Source: Pseudomonas sp.
Lineage (GTDB): Bacteria > Pseudomonadota > Gammaproteobacteria > Pseudomonadales > Pseudomonadaceae
Assembly: GCA_038147895.1 (NCBI GenBank)
Contig: JAYQUJ010000010.1
Span: 312 to 64,311 of the forward strand
Direction: 5' to 3'
DNA length: 64,000 nucleotides
A model generated the notes under the pieces. The model saw only the letters and a program-made list of their open reading frames with translations, had not been told where the DNA came from and did not search any database. The translations under genes were made by a program, and so were the position numbers. Of the stretch, positions 9,757-19,118 are shown in pieces. The stretch's first letter is position 1. Each line of letters starts with the position of its first letter.

Positions 9757-10980
9757 ATGAATGATTCCACGCACGGCGCATCCTGGCGCACGGCGGGCTG
9801 GGTGCTCCTCGGCGCATCGCTGGTGCTGGCCCTGTCCCTGGGCATTCGCCACGGCTTCGGCCTGTTCCTGGCGCCGATGAGCAGCGAGTATGGCTGGGGC
9901 CGCGAGACCTTCGCCTTTGCCATCGCTCTGCAGAACCTGATCTGGGGCCTGGCTCAGCCGGTGACCGGCGCCATCGCCGACCGTTTCGGCGCGCGGCGGG
10001 TAATCGTTGTGGGCGGTTTGCTCTATGCGGTCGGCCTGGGGCTGATGGCCAGTTCCGACTCGGCCTGGTCGCTGTCGCTCAGCGCCGGCCTGCTGATCGG
10101 CATTGGTTTGTCCGGCACCTCGTTCTCCGTACTGCTCGGCGTGGTGGGCCGGGCCCTGCCACCTGAGAAACGCAGCCTGGGCATGGGCGTTGCGGCGGCG
10201 GCCGGCTCCTTCGGCCAGTTTGCCATGCTGCCGGGCAGCCTGGGCCTGATTGGCTGGTTGGGCTGGTCTTCGGCGCTGCTGGCGCTGGGGTTGCTGGTGG
10301 CCTTGATCGCGCCGTTGGCGCTGATGGTCCGCGACCAGCCGCTACCGGCTGTGGCCGGTACCGAACAGAGCCTCGGCGAGGCATTGCGCGAGGCCTGCAG
10401 TCACTCGGGGTTCTGGTTGCTGGCCTTGGGCTTCTTCGTCTGTGGTTTCCAGGTGGTATTCATCGGAGTGCACCTGCCGTCGTATCTGGTCGATCAGCAT
10501 CTGCCGGCCTCGGTCGGCACCACGGTGCTGGCGCTGGTGGGGCTGTTCAACATCTTCGGCACCTACGTGGCCGGTTGGCTCGGTGGGCGTATGTCCAAGC
10601 CGCGTCTGCTCAGCGGCCTGTACCTGCTGCGCACGCTGGTGATCGTCGCCTTCGTCTATTCGCCGCTGACCGAATGGAGCGCCTACGCCTTCGGCATGGC
10701 CATGGGCTTTCTCTGGCTGTCCACGGTGCCGTTGACCAATGGCACGGTGGCCACCCTGTTCGGTGTGCGCAACCTGTCCATGCTCGGTGGCATCGTGTTC
10801 CTGTTCCACCAGCTGGGCTCCTTCCTCGGTGGCTGGCTGGGCGGCTATCTGTACGATCACACCGGCAGCTACGACATGGTCTGGCAGCTGGCAATCCTGT
10901 TCGGTCTGCTGGCCGCGGCGCTCAACTGGCCGGTGCGTGAGCAGCCGGTAGCGCGCCTGCGCGCCGGGGAACTGGCGTGA
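9757..10980 (+). CDS. MFS transporter (oxalate/formate antiporter-like subfamily)
   Basis: 407 aa, about 12 TM helices, with GAIADRFGARRV motif between TM2 and TM3. Confidence 0.88.
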   Translation: MNDSTHGASWRTAGWVLLGASLVLALSLGIRHGFGLFLAPMSSEYGWGRETFAFAIALQNLIWGLAQPVTGAIADRFGARRVIVVGGLLYAVGLGLMASSDSAWSLSLSAGLLIGIGLSGTSFSVLLGVVGRALPPEKRSLGMGVAAAAGSFGQFAMLPGSLGLIGWLGWSSALLALGLLVALIAPLALMVRDQPLPAVAGTEQSLGEALREACSHSGFWLLALGFFVCGFQVVFIGVHLPSYLVDQHLPASVGTTVLALVGLFNIFGTYVAGWLGGRMSKPRLLSGLYLLRTLVIVAFVYSPLTEWSAYAFGMAMGFLWLSTVPLTNGTVATLFGVRNLSMLGGIVFLFHQLGSFLGGWLGGYLYDHTGSYDMVWQLAILFGLLAAALNWPVREQPVARLRAGELA

Positions 10981-11096
10981 GCCGCACACTGCTGGCCGGT
11001 GGCGGCCTGCTGCTGCTCGCCGTGCTGGCGTTGGCCTGGTGGGGCTGGAGCCATGGCGGTCTGGTCCTGCTGCAGATCGGCATGAGCCTGTGCTGA
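10977..11096 (+). CDS. 39-aa single-TM peptide translationally coupled to the MFS gene (candidate MFS small subunit). Not in the ORF track.
   Basis: GTG 10977 overlaps the MFS TGA (GTGA). It translates to VSRTLLAGGGLLLLAVLALAWWGWSHGGLVLLQIGMSLC*, with TGA at 11094-11096. My own translation. Confidence 0.5.
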   Translation: MSRTLLAGGGLLLLAVLALAWWGWSHGGLVLLQIGMSLC

Positions 11097-11158
11097 ACGT
11101 TGCCGTGAACGAGCAGGGCGAGTAGCGTGGTGGCATTGCTGCCTTGGAGATTGCCCCG

Positions 11159-11728
11159 ATGATTTCGCGATTCGCCGCGCTTGCCCTGTCCCTCTCTGCT
11201 GCGCCGCTGTGGGCGGCCGAATGCCCGCCCTTGCTGGAGGATCAGGCGCCGCTGCAGCAACTGCGCAGCAAGGAGCAGATCGACCTGTGCCAGCGCTTTG
11301 CCGGCAAGCCGCTGGTGGTGGTCAATACCGCCAGCCATTGCGGCTTCACCCCGCAGTTCAAGGGCCTCGAAGCGCTCTACCAGCGTTACAAGGATCAGGG
11401 GCTGGAAGTGCTGGGCGTACCCTCCGACGACTTCCGCCAGGAAGCTGAGACCACGGAGGAAACCGCCAAGGTCTGCTTCATCAACTATGGCGTGACCTTC
11501 GCCATGAGCGAGCCGCAGCCGGTCAGCGGCGCCGATGCCGTGCCGCTGTTCCGCGAACTGGCCGAGCAGAGCAGCGCGCCACGCTGGAACTTCTACAAGT
11601 ACGTGGTAGGCCGCGACGGCAAGGTGATCGCCAGCTTCTCCAGCCTGACCAAACCGGACGACGCAGACCTGATCGCCGCAGTAGAGCAGGCTATCGCCCA
11701 GCCGCAGGCCGCTCCGGCCGGCCAATAA
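11159..11728 (+). CDS. Glutathione peroxidase family protein with signal peptide (BtuE-like)
   Basis: [12 protein letters not shown]...[11 protein letters not shown] motifs. Signal-peptide-like N-terminus [23 protein letters not shown] lies 9 nt upstream of ATG 11159. Confidence 0.88.
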   Translation: MISRFAALALSLSAAPLWAAECPPLLEDQAPLQQLRSKEQIDLCQRFAGKPLVVVNTASHCGFTPQFKGLEALYQRYKDQGLEVLGVPSDDFRQEAETTEETAKVCFINYGVTFAMSEPQPVSGADAVPLFRELAEQSSAPRWNFYKYVVGRDGKVIASFSSLTKPDDADLIAAVEQAIAQPQAAPAGQ

Positions 11729-11745
11729 ATGCGAGGCAAAGAAAA

Positions 11746-11769
11746 GCCGGGCGAGTGCCCGGCTTTTTT
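11746..11769. terminator. Bidirectional rho-independent terminator between the glutathione peroxidase gene and fadL
   Basis: GCCGGGC-gagt-GCCCGGC followed by TTTTTT and preceded by an A-tract. Confidence 0.85.
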
Positions 11770-11786
11770 GTCGCTGCCTGCCGCCG

Positions 11787-13109
11787 TTAGAAGCGGTAGG
11801 TGGCCTGCAGGCCCAGGCCGTGGGCGCTGTTGCGGTACTCGGCGCTGTAGCCAGGGGCAATGTTGGCGCTCAGTGGGCCCGCAGAAAGGGTGCGGTCTGG
11901 CTGATTGACCGAGGCTTTGCTCTCGCGCAGGTAGGAATAGGCTACGTCAATGGTCAGGTCGTCACTTGGCGACCAGCCTGCACCCAGAGAGAACACTTTG
12001 CGGTTACCAACTGGAATGCGCGCTGTACGGTGGGCATTCTCGGCTGGCGACGGGTCAAAGGCCAAACCGGTACGCAGTACCACCTCCGGAGTCAGCTGGT
12101 ACGAGGTGCCGATGGCGTAGGACCAAGTGTCGTGCCACTTCAGCTCTTCGCTGACAGTGCCCAGCGGTGCCGGCAGGGTGCCGATGCCTGGGATGGTCAG
12201 GTTTGGCGAATTCTCGTTCTCGACGACGATGGCTTCCAGGCGGCTCCAGCGGGTCCAGGTCGAGCCTGCATAGACAGTCCACTTGTCGTCCAGCTTGTAG
12301 CTGATGGAAGTGTCGACGGTCTCAGGTGTGGTGAAGTCTAGGCTGGCGTCGTACTCGCCGTTCAGGGTGCCGAGTACCGGGCCGTCGAAGCTGCTGACTT
12401 TGGTGCGTCCTTCCAGGGTGTAGTCGACCTTGGAGTGGTAGGTCAGGCCCCAGGTCAGGCTGTCGGTGACGTCGACCATCACGCCGAGGTTGAAACCTAC
12501 GGCAGTATCGTCGCCCTTGATGTTGACCTTGGCGTCGCCAGAGCCACCCACTGCGGCCAGAGCGCCGTCATTCAGGTTGCTGGTCAGCTTGCCCTTGATC
12601 TTGTTAATGGTCGGGCCGAAACCGACGGAGACGCGATCATTGATCTTGTAGCTCAGAGTCGGTTGCAGGGTAACTACTTCTACCTTGCTGTAGAGGCCCT
12701 TATAGCGGCCGCCGAAACTCTTCTCGTAGTCGCTGACCAATGCGTAGGGCACGTACATGCCGATACCCCAGCTCCATTGCTCATTGATCGGGCTGGTGTA
12801 GTAGGCAAAGGGCACGGCAGAGGTGGGCACCATGTCGCCGTCGCTGGTATCGGCGCTGGCGTTATCGATATCGATATCGGCCTTGATGACTGCGAAACCG
12901 CCAACCACTTGTGGACGATCCAGCTTGCTGATGCCAGCTGGATTGCCGAACAGCACGGTGGCGTCGGTGGCGGCGGAAGCGCGGCCGGCGAAGGAGGTGC
13001 CCATGCCGCTGACGCTCTGTTCGTTGATGGCAATTCCGTTGCCCAGGCTGTGAGTGGAAATCGCGCTGACAGCCAGAGCGAGGGAAGTCTTCAACCAGAG
13101 ATTTTTCAT
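11787..13109 (-). CDS. fadL: OmpP1/FadL/TodX family outer-membrane transporter for hydrophobic compounds
   Basis: Signal peptide MKNLWLKTSLALAVSAISTHS, NEQS..G.G.AGRAS N-terminal hatch, and a C-terminal ...ATYRF. The start was moved to ATG 13109. Confidence 0.88.
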   Translation of the reverse strand: MKNLWLKTSLALAVSAISTHSLGNGIAINEQSVSGMGTSFAGRASAATDATVLFGNPAGISKLDRPQVVGGFAVIKADIDIDNASADTSDGDMVPTSAVPFAYYTSPINEQWSWGIGMYVPYALVSDYEKSFGGRYKGLYSKVEVVTLQPTLSYKINDRVSVGFGPTINKIKGKLTSNLNDGALAAVGGSGDAKVNIKGDDTAVGFNLGVMVDVTDSLTWGLTYHSKVDYTLEGRTKVSSFDGPVLGTLNGEYDASLDFTTPETVDTSISYKLDDKWTVYAGSTWTRWSRLEAIVVENENSPNLTIPGIGTLPAPLGTVSEELKWHDTWSYAIGTSYQLTPEVVLRTGLAFDPSPAENAHRTARIPVGNRKVFSLGAGWSPSDDLTIDVAYSYLRESKASVNQPDRTLSAGPLSANIAPGYSAEYRNSAHGLGLQATYRF

Positions 13110-13263
13110 TAGGATGCTCACGAACGACTGGAACAAGGGGCGGCAAACTATAGGTTTTGCCATGGCTTGCCAACCGCTCTGGAATGCCTTTTTCGTGAAG
13201 ATTCGTAATCAAATCAAGGCTGTGCGCTCGGCACCAAGATTGACCGAGGCGTCAGCTTAGAGT

Positions 13264-13743
13264 TCAGGCCGCGTGTGAGTAGCCGGCGACGCAATGCTGC
13301 CAGGCCTGCAGAAAGTCACGCAGGCGGCCGTGAGGGCGAAACACCTGGCGCCAGACTCGGGCCAGTCCGTGTAGGTCGTCGGCAGCCGGCAACGGAGCTT
13401 GCTCGGCCTCGACCAGTAACCAGGCGATGGCGGTGGCATAGCGCAGGTTGACAGCCAGCTCCAGGTGCGGCTCAGCGAGGAAGGCGTGTTGGCTGGCCAG
13501 GCCGCGGACCAGGCTGGCCAGATCCGGGTCGCGGGCCAGATGCTCATCCCAGAGTTGGCGATGGCGTGTTTCGCTGATGTGGTAGAGACCATGTCCGTGT
13601 GGGTCGCCGAGGGCGTGGCCGAGTGCTGACTGGCTGGCGGCGCTGCCAAGCAGCAAGGCTTCGGCGCTGGCGGAGTGGCGGCCCAGATAGAGCAATGTAG
13701 GGCGGATGACGTGCTGGCAGAGTTCGCTGGCGGCAATTCCCAT
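13264..13743 (-). CDS. Conserved hypothetical protein, 159 aa
   Basis: The ORF has good codon usage, but I recognise no domain with confidence. Confidence 0.6.
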   Translation of the reverse strand: MGIAASELCQHVIRPTLLYLGRHSASAEALLLGSAASQSALGHALGDPHGHGLYHISETRHRQLWDEHLARDPDLASLVRGLASQHAFLAEPHLELAVNLRYATAIAWLLVEAEQAPLPAADDLHGLARVWRQVFRPHGRLRDFLQAWQHCVAGYSHAA

Positions 13744-13980
13744 GATCCCCTCGCTTAGGGTGCCGACGGGGCCAGTGCCTGGCAGCTGTACTTGATTCTA
13801 ATAAAGGCCCCGCCGGGAGCGGGGTTAGCCGCTCGATTTGAAGTGTAGTGCTACAAATCAGCTGTAAAGGGCTGTTTTTAAACTGTTTAGGGCTTTGTCT
13901 TGCGGGCTATATGCCGGTCGGTGCTTAAACGGCGACTGGTTACTCGGGAAGCCGGCGTCCGCTGCCGGCCCCGAGCAGGC

Positions 13981-14661
13981 TTACGGATTGTGTTCGATGC
14001 GCAGGGTGGAAAACTTCACCGCACCGGCCTCGGTGTTGTCGCCGACGTTGTCCTGCGCGTAGGAACCTGCCTTGAAGTACATGGTTTGCGCCGCCCAGGA
14101 CGGGTCGAGTTTGACGGTCCAGCGCTTGGTGTCGGTGCTGGGGGTTTTGGCGTAGACCGCCAGGGTGCCGCTCTTGGTCAGGGCGATGGTGTAGGAGAAG
14201 TCCTGGTCAAGCGGCACATTGCTCAGCACCGTGGCGCTGACGGTGCTGGCCCCCGGCTGCAAGCGGTAGATGGCGCTGATGACACCTGTCTTCAGGTCCG
14301 GCTTGTACTGGTACTGCAGCTTGATGGGTGGGTCGGTGCCTTCGACGTTGTGGATCTGGCCGATGACTATCTTTCCGGTGGACGGTACCTGGGTAACCCG
14401 CAGCGTGGCGCGCAGGAAGTTATCGGCATCTTGGTACTTCCAGTTGCGCAGCTTGCCGTCGGCGTAGGTTTCGCGCAGTTCACTGCGTGGGTACTTGGCG
14501 TTCTTGGTGGTGGTGCCATCGACTGGTGTCCAGAAGAACAGGGCACCGTCGATGTTCTTGAAGTAATCGTCCTGGTAACCAGCGGCAAGCAGAGGGGTGG
14601 AGATGGTGGTGGCGGGTTCGCCGACAGGGATTGTCAGGTTCCAGGTGTTGAGGTCGATCAT
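13981..14661 (-). CDS. Polysaccharide lyase family 7 alginate lyase (PA1167-like). No signal peptide is apparent.
   Basis: MIDLNTWNLTIPVG..., RSELRE, GQIH and YFKAGSY motifs characteristic of PL7. The track ORF extends to 14757, but the homologous N-terminus begins at ATG 14661. Confidence 0.85.
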   Translation of the reverse strand: MIDLNTWNLTIPVGEPATTISTPLLAAGYQDDYFKNIDGALFFWTPVDGTTTKNAKYPRSELRETYADGKLRNWKYQDADNFLRATLRVTQVPSTGKIVIGQIHNVEGTDPPIKLQYQYKPDLKTGVISAIYRLQPGASTVSATVLSNVPLDQDFSYTIALTKSGTLAVYAKTPSTDTKRWTVKLDPSWAAQTMYFKAGSYAQDNVGDNTEAGAVKFSTLRIEHNP

Positions 14662-15042
14662 GGTGCGGGTGACTCCGGCAGAAGAAGAGCAGGGGCATTC
14701 GTCGTGCAGAAAGTCCCTGTCCCAAAAACTGCCTAGCCGCCTTGCCAGTACGCGCACATTGAATGAGCCGTGAAGGTCGCGCGGCGCTCTGGGCCGCGGA
14801 CATCGCGTGCTTTATACGGATGCGGGGGAGGAAACGTAATAGCCGTTCGTCGTTATATTGGCGTCAAAAAACAGGCTAAAAATAAAAAATAAAACCTGCT
14901 CCTCTATGGCTTGTGCTGATGGATAAGGCATTTTTTCTCGGCAGGGTGAATGTGCCTGGAGGTCGCCGGTAGCGTCCCTGGCGACGAGTGGAAGGTACGA
15001 TCTAGAGAGGTTTGTGCGCTTGTGCACATTTGCGCAGGGCAC

Positions 15043-15068
15043 AAAAAAGGCGCCTTGCGGCGCCTTTT
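15043..15068 (-). terminator. Rho-independent terminator of quiP
   Basis: On the minus strand: GGCGCC-gcaa-GGCGCC followed by TTTTTT, 13 nt after the quiP stop. Confidence 0.85.
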
Positions 15069-15080
15069 GTATGTCGCGGG

Positions 15081-17606
15081 CTACTGGCCCGGCATCAGCA
15101 TGAGCCTTTTGCTGCCGTAGACCTTGTCGAGGTTGCCACTCTGGAACGGGAAGCTCATGTAGCCACCCTTGAGCCATGCCTCGATGCCGTCGGCATAGTG
15201 CGGGCTGGCCGGGTTGCCGGACTGGCCGGAGCTGTTGACGCCGATCATGGGTTCTTCCAGGCCGAAGTCGACGACGATGCGCATGGCCGGGATCAGCCAC
15301 ACATTGAAGTCGTTGCCCCACTCGTAGGCGGCCACGTTGAGGGTGCCGTGGTCGCCGCCGGCCGGGTAGGGGCCGCGATCCAGGTAACCGCTGATGGCCT
15401 CGATGCCACTGCGCTGGCTGGCGCTCAGATAGGGCGCCATCTTGGTGGCTTCGCTGGTCCAGTTGTACTGGTGCAGCTTGCCCCACTGCCAGGCGCTGCG
15501 ATTGGCGCCGAGCTTGCCTTCCAGGTAGGTGACGGCGCTGGCCAGGCTGCGCGCCATGATTGTCGGCTTGTCTTCTTTTTGTGTGGTCTTCACGTCGTCC
15601 CAGAACGGGCTGTCGTCGCGGCCTAGCAGATGGTCGGCCTGGGCCGAGTAGCTGTTGTTGGCGGTGTCCACCAGGGCTTGCCAGGCCGGCGAGGTCTCCG
15701 GGCCCAGCTCGTCGAGGAAGGTCTGCCGCGCGCTCTCGTGCAGGAAGGCGCTGTACAGCGCCGCGTCCGCCGAGGTGGCGGCCATGCGCCCGTCGAAGGC
15801 CATCAGGCGCTTGTAAGCTTCTTCGGCCTTGGCACGCTCGGCTGCCGGCAGTGCGGTGATGGCCTTTTTCAGCGGCGCGGCCATGTTCGGTGCGTCCAGC
15901 ATCGCCTGCAGCTTGCCGGCGAAAGGTGTGGTCTGGTCGTACTGCATGGCGATCATGCTTTTCTGGTCATGCTTTCCGCTCCCGGCCAGTTGCGCGATGC
16001 GCTCGGCGCGCTCCGGGTAGAACCAGGAATTGGACAGCTGCATGCCATAGCCGCGCGGCACCGTGCGGTGGTTGGCGGTGCCCAGCCAGCCCTGCATCGG
16101 ATCCTGGTCGTAGGGGTGCAGCATGGGGTCGGCGTAGCCGTCCCAGTCGTAGGCGCCGTTCCAGCCGGGTGAAGGCACCAGCCCGATACCCTGTTTGCGG
16201 TTGGGGTAGCGACCGGTGACCTGCCAGCCAACATGCTGGGCATCGGCGAATACGATGTTCAGCGCTATCGCGCGTACTTCGCGGGTGGCCTCGAAGGCTT
16301 CATCCACCGATTGGGCGCGGGACAGGTCGAAGAAGGCATCGATCGAGCGATCCGCCTCGCCCTGGATGCTGCGCAGGGCCAGGCCGTAGCCGCTGGCGAA
16401 GGGCAGCGGCTGCAGCGGCATCTTGCGCTCGCCCAGGGCGGAGTTGAGCAGCGGGCCGTGGCGGGTTTCCCAGATGGTCTCGCGGATCGGCCGTTGGCCG
16501 CGGATGAAGAAGGTTTCCTGGCGCTCGCGGGCCGGCTGCCATTTGCCGTCTGCCATGTAATAGAGGCGGCCGCCTTCGTGCTTGACCTTCTCCAGGTACA
16601 GGTCCTGGTTGTCGCCCATGACCATTGTCATGCCCCAGGCTAGCTTGCCATTGAAGCCGGCGACCACGGCCGGCACCCCGGCGATGGACACTCCGGCGGC
16701 CTGGAATTTCGGCGAGCGGATCTGTACGAAGTTCCAGATCGAGGGCATCGATAGCGGCAGGTGGGTATCGTTGGCCAGCAGGCTCTTGCCGCTGCGGCTG
16801 TTCTGTGGGGCGATGGCCCAGTTGTTGGAGGCGGCGACGCCGAGCATGTTCAGCGCGGCCACCTGGCCGGCGGCCTCGCTCACTGCGGCCAGGCCCGGGA
16901 TCTTGCCGGCCAGGCTCAGGCCGCGCAGCTTCTCGGTCTCCTCGAACGGCAGCGGTTCGTCCGGGTAGGTGGGCAGCAGCCAGGCCAGTTTGTCCGCGCC
17001 GACCTTGTCGCTGAGGGTGAGGGCGGCGATCTCTTCCTGCAGGTTCACCGACAGGCCGAAATTGAGCAGGCAGAACAGCAGCACCGAGTCTTCCGGCTTC
17101 CAGTAGGCCGGGCGGTAGCCGCTCTCGGCCAGGTCCATCGGCAGCTTGTCCTTGTAGCGGAACAGGTAGGCGTTGACGCCGCGGGCGTAGACCTCGAAGA
17201 ACTTCTTGATCCGCGGCGAGGCGCTCTTGTACAGCGCCTCGGCGCTGGCGCGCAGGTTGACGGTGCGCATGAATCGGTCGATTTCCAGCACGCCTGGGCC
17301 GTTCATCTCGGCCAGACGGCCTTCGGCCAGCAGACGCATGCCGACCATCTGGCTGAGGCGGTCGGCGGCGTGCACGTAGCCCAGGGTGAACAGCGCATCG
17401 TGGAAAGTGGTGGTTTCGATCAGCGGCATGCCTAGCGCGTTGCGCCGCACTACCACGCTCTGCGCCAGGCCCTGGACGCGGACGATGCCTTGATCCGGGT
17501 GCACGCTTTCGGCGTAGCGACTGTTGAGAAAGGACTGGCAGCCGCCGAGCAGCAGGCTGCTACCCAGGGTGGCGAGGACGGTGAGACGAAGGAAGCGCGA
17601 ACCCAT
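15081..17606 (-). CDS. quiP: Ntn-hydrolase penicillin-acylase family acyl-homoserine-lactone acylase QuiP
   Basis: 841 aa. Lipobox LLLGGCQS. Extended similarity to my recollection of P. aeruginosa QuiP ([37 protein letters not shown]...). Confidence 0.9.
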   Translation of the reverse strand: MGSRFLRLTVLATLGSSLLLGGCQSFLNSRYAESVHPDQGIVRVQGLAQSVVVRRNALGMPLIETTTFHDALFTLGYVHAADRLSQMVGMRLLAEGRLAEMNGPGVLEIDRFMRTVNLRASAEALYKSASPRIKKFFEVYARGVNAYLFRYKDKLPMDLAESGYRPAYWKPEDSVLLFCLLNFGLSVNLQEEIAALTLSDKVGADKLAWLLPTYPDEPLPFEETEKLRGLSLAGKIPGLAAVSEAAGQVAALNMLGVAASNNWAIAPQNSRSGKSLLANDTHLPLSMPSIWNFVQIRSPKFQAAGVSIAGVPAVVAGFNGKLAWGMTMVMGDNQDLYLEKVKHEGGRLYYMADGKWQPARERQETFFIRGQRPIRETIWETRHGPLLNSALGERKMPLQPLPFASGYGLALRSIQGEADRSIDAFFDLSRAQSVDEAFEATREVRAIALNIVFADAQHVGWQVTGRYPNRKQGIGLVPSPGWNGAYDWDGYADPMLHPYDQDPMQGWLGTANHRTVPRGYGMQLSNSWFYPERAERIAQLAGSGKHDQKSMIAMQYDQTTPFAGKLQAMLDAPNMAAPLKKAITALPAAERAKAEEAYKRLMAFDGRMAATSADAALYSAFLHESARQTFLDELGPETSPAWQALVDTANNSYSAQADHLLGRDDSPFWDDVKTTQKEDKPTIMARSLASAVTYLEGKLGANRSAWQWGKLHQYNWTSEATKMAPYLSASQRSGIEAISGYLDRGPYPAGGDHGTLNVAAYEWGNDFNVWLIPAMRIVVDFGLEEPMIGVNSSGQSGNPASPHYADGIEAWLKGGYMSFPFQSGNLDKVYGSKRLMLMPGQ

Positions 17607-17715
17607 GACTGGCTCCTGGCGCGGGAGACGGATGATGGGTGCAAATTGTAGAGGGCGAACGTGAAGCGGAGTAGGGGCGCGGCAGGACTTGGTGCCCTGC
17701 CGGCGTGCGTTCAGA

Positions 17716-17913
<198 letters not shown>

Positions 17914-17918
17914 GAAGC

Positions 17919-18419
17919 TCACTCCGGGATGTAATCGCCGGGGATTATCTCGCCATTGCGCTGCAGATGCACGTTGCGACCGAACAGCCAGCTACCGGCT
18001 TTCACTTCGCCGCGCAGCTGGTAGCGAATGGGCTGCTCGGGATCTTCCAGTGATTTGACCAGCTTCTTGAGGTGGCGCCAGAGATTGGTGCGAACCGCCA
18101 CTTCGTAATTCCTGCGGCCATGGGCTGGCACTTCAAGGGATTGGCTGGACTCCCCAGTAGTCAGCGGCACGCCGTTGAGCTGGATGTCATAGATCAGGCC
18201 ACGAATCGCCAGGGCCGAGTCGTTGGGGTTTTCGATCTGAAAACGCAGGCTGAAACGTTGTTCGTGCAGACGAGCCTTGATCACGTCGACCTTGATCAGG
18301 TGAACGTGCGGGTCCTGAAAATCGCTGGCGACCCAGCTGGCGCAGCCATTGAGGCCGGTTGCCAGCAGCGTCAGCAATGTCAGGGCGATAGTTGTTGTAT
18401 GCGGCGCCCGTGAAAGCAT
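17919..18419 (-). CDS. LEA type-2 (LEA_2 / WHy-like) family lipoprotein
   Basis: Lipobox LATGLNGC. Then ...[37 protein letters not shown]..., typical of bacterial LEA_2 proteins. Confidence 0.8.
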   Translation of the reverse strand: MLSRAPHTTTIALTLLTLLATGLNGCASWVASDFQDPHVHLIKVDVIKARLHEQRFSLRFQIENPNDSALAIRGLIYDIQLNGVPLTTGESSQSLEVPAHGRRNYEVAVRTNLWRHLKKLVKSLEDPEQPIRYQLRGEVKAGSWLFGRNVHLQRNGEIIPGDYIPE

Positions 18420-18529
18420 CGAGAAACTCCAATGGTTACGTCAGTGTAACAAGCGCATGCTTGGTGGCCAGGTACTGCGCGGGAAAAAACTGCGCCATAC
18501 TGAAGCCCGAATTGGACGGGAGTGTGACC

Positions 18530-19078
18530 ATGAGTCTGTACGAGATTGCCTTCGCCGGGCAGGTGGTGCCCGGAGCTGCGGTTGAGCAGGTGAAGGCCAA
18601 CCTTGCGCGGTTGTTTCAGGCTGACGAGCAACGTATTGCCTTGCTGTTCTCCGGTCGGCGTATCGTGATCAAAAGCGGGCTGGATGCTGCGGGTGCCGAG
18701 AAGTACCGCTCGACCATGGAGCGCGCCGGTGCTATAGCACTGGTTCAGGCCTTGCAGGTGGAAGAGGTGGATATGGCGCCGCCCCCTGCCGCGCCGGAGC
18801 CCGCACCCGTTGCTGCTTCTGCCCCTGCTTCGGCTGGCAGCAGTGCTCGGGTGATCCCGCGCGATGAGTACATGGCGGCCTTTACCGAGGTCGAGGCGCC
18901 GGATTTCGGCATTGCCCCGGTTGGCGCTGATCTGCAGGATGCCAAGCCGCCTGCGCAGGCGCCGCAGGTCGACATGTCGCAGTTCAGTCTGGCGCCGGTC
19001 GGCAGTGATATGGGGCAGGCCAAGAATGCCCCGCCAGCCCCGCCGCCGGACACCTCGCACCTCAAACTTCAGGAATAA
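18530..19078 (+). CDS. Hypothetical protein with a compact N-terminal domain and a Pro/Ala-rich repeat tail
   Basis: GGGAG lies 7 nt upstream of ATG 18530. The tail contains repeated (I/L)APVG(A/S)D(L/M).(D/Q)AK segments. Confidence 0.65.
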   Translation: MSLYEIAFAGQVVPGAAVEQVKANLARLFQADEQRIALLFSGRRIVIKSGLDAAGAEKYRSTMERAGAIALVQALQVEEVDMAPPPAAPEPAPVAASAPASAGSSARVIPRDEYMAAFTEVEAPDFGIAPVGADLQDAKPPAQAPQVDMSQFSLAPVGSDMGQAKNAPPAPPPDTSHLKLQE

Positions 19079-19083
19079 GTACA

Positions 19084-19105
19084 GAGGCCCGCAGTTGCGG
19101 GCCTC
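19084..19105. terminator. Bidirectional hairpin terminator
   Basis: GAGGCCCGC-agtt-GCGGGCCTC followed by TTCTT. It lies between convergent genes. Confidence 0.8.
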
Positions 19106-19118
19106 TTCTTGTCCGGCA

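Noticed and set aside
11159-11728. A possible selenocysteine in the glutathione peroxidase, and also in the Rdx protein at 53402-53677.
   Set aside because: The active-site positions are encoded by TGC/TGT Cys codons (NTASHCGF and CTQC). There is no in-frame TGA and no SECIS-like hairpin.
13744-13980. A possible small RNA in the lower-GC intergenic region between the 159-aa gene and the alginate lyase gene.
   Set aside because: I see only weak stems (CCCCGC/GCGGGG and CAGC/GCTG followed by TTTTT), no convincing promoter-terminator pair, and no match to any Pseudomonas sRNA I can recall. The long hairpin at about 13940-13972 is better explained as the alginate lyase 3' structure.
14820-14879. 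A 19-codon, highly basic ORF (MRGRKRNSRSSLYWRQKTG) in the AT-rich patch.
   Set aside because: It has no RBS, atypical codon usage, and lies in a probable promoter region. It is most likely fortuitous.
18435-18450. The GTTAC-N6-GTAAC palindrome as a Zur/Fur-family box.
   Set aside because: Its half-sites resemble Zur (GTTAT/ATAAC), but the spacing (6 nt rather than about 3) and the GC content do not fit. I keep it only as an unassigned operator candidate in the LEA_2/SEC-C finding.
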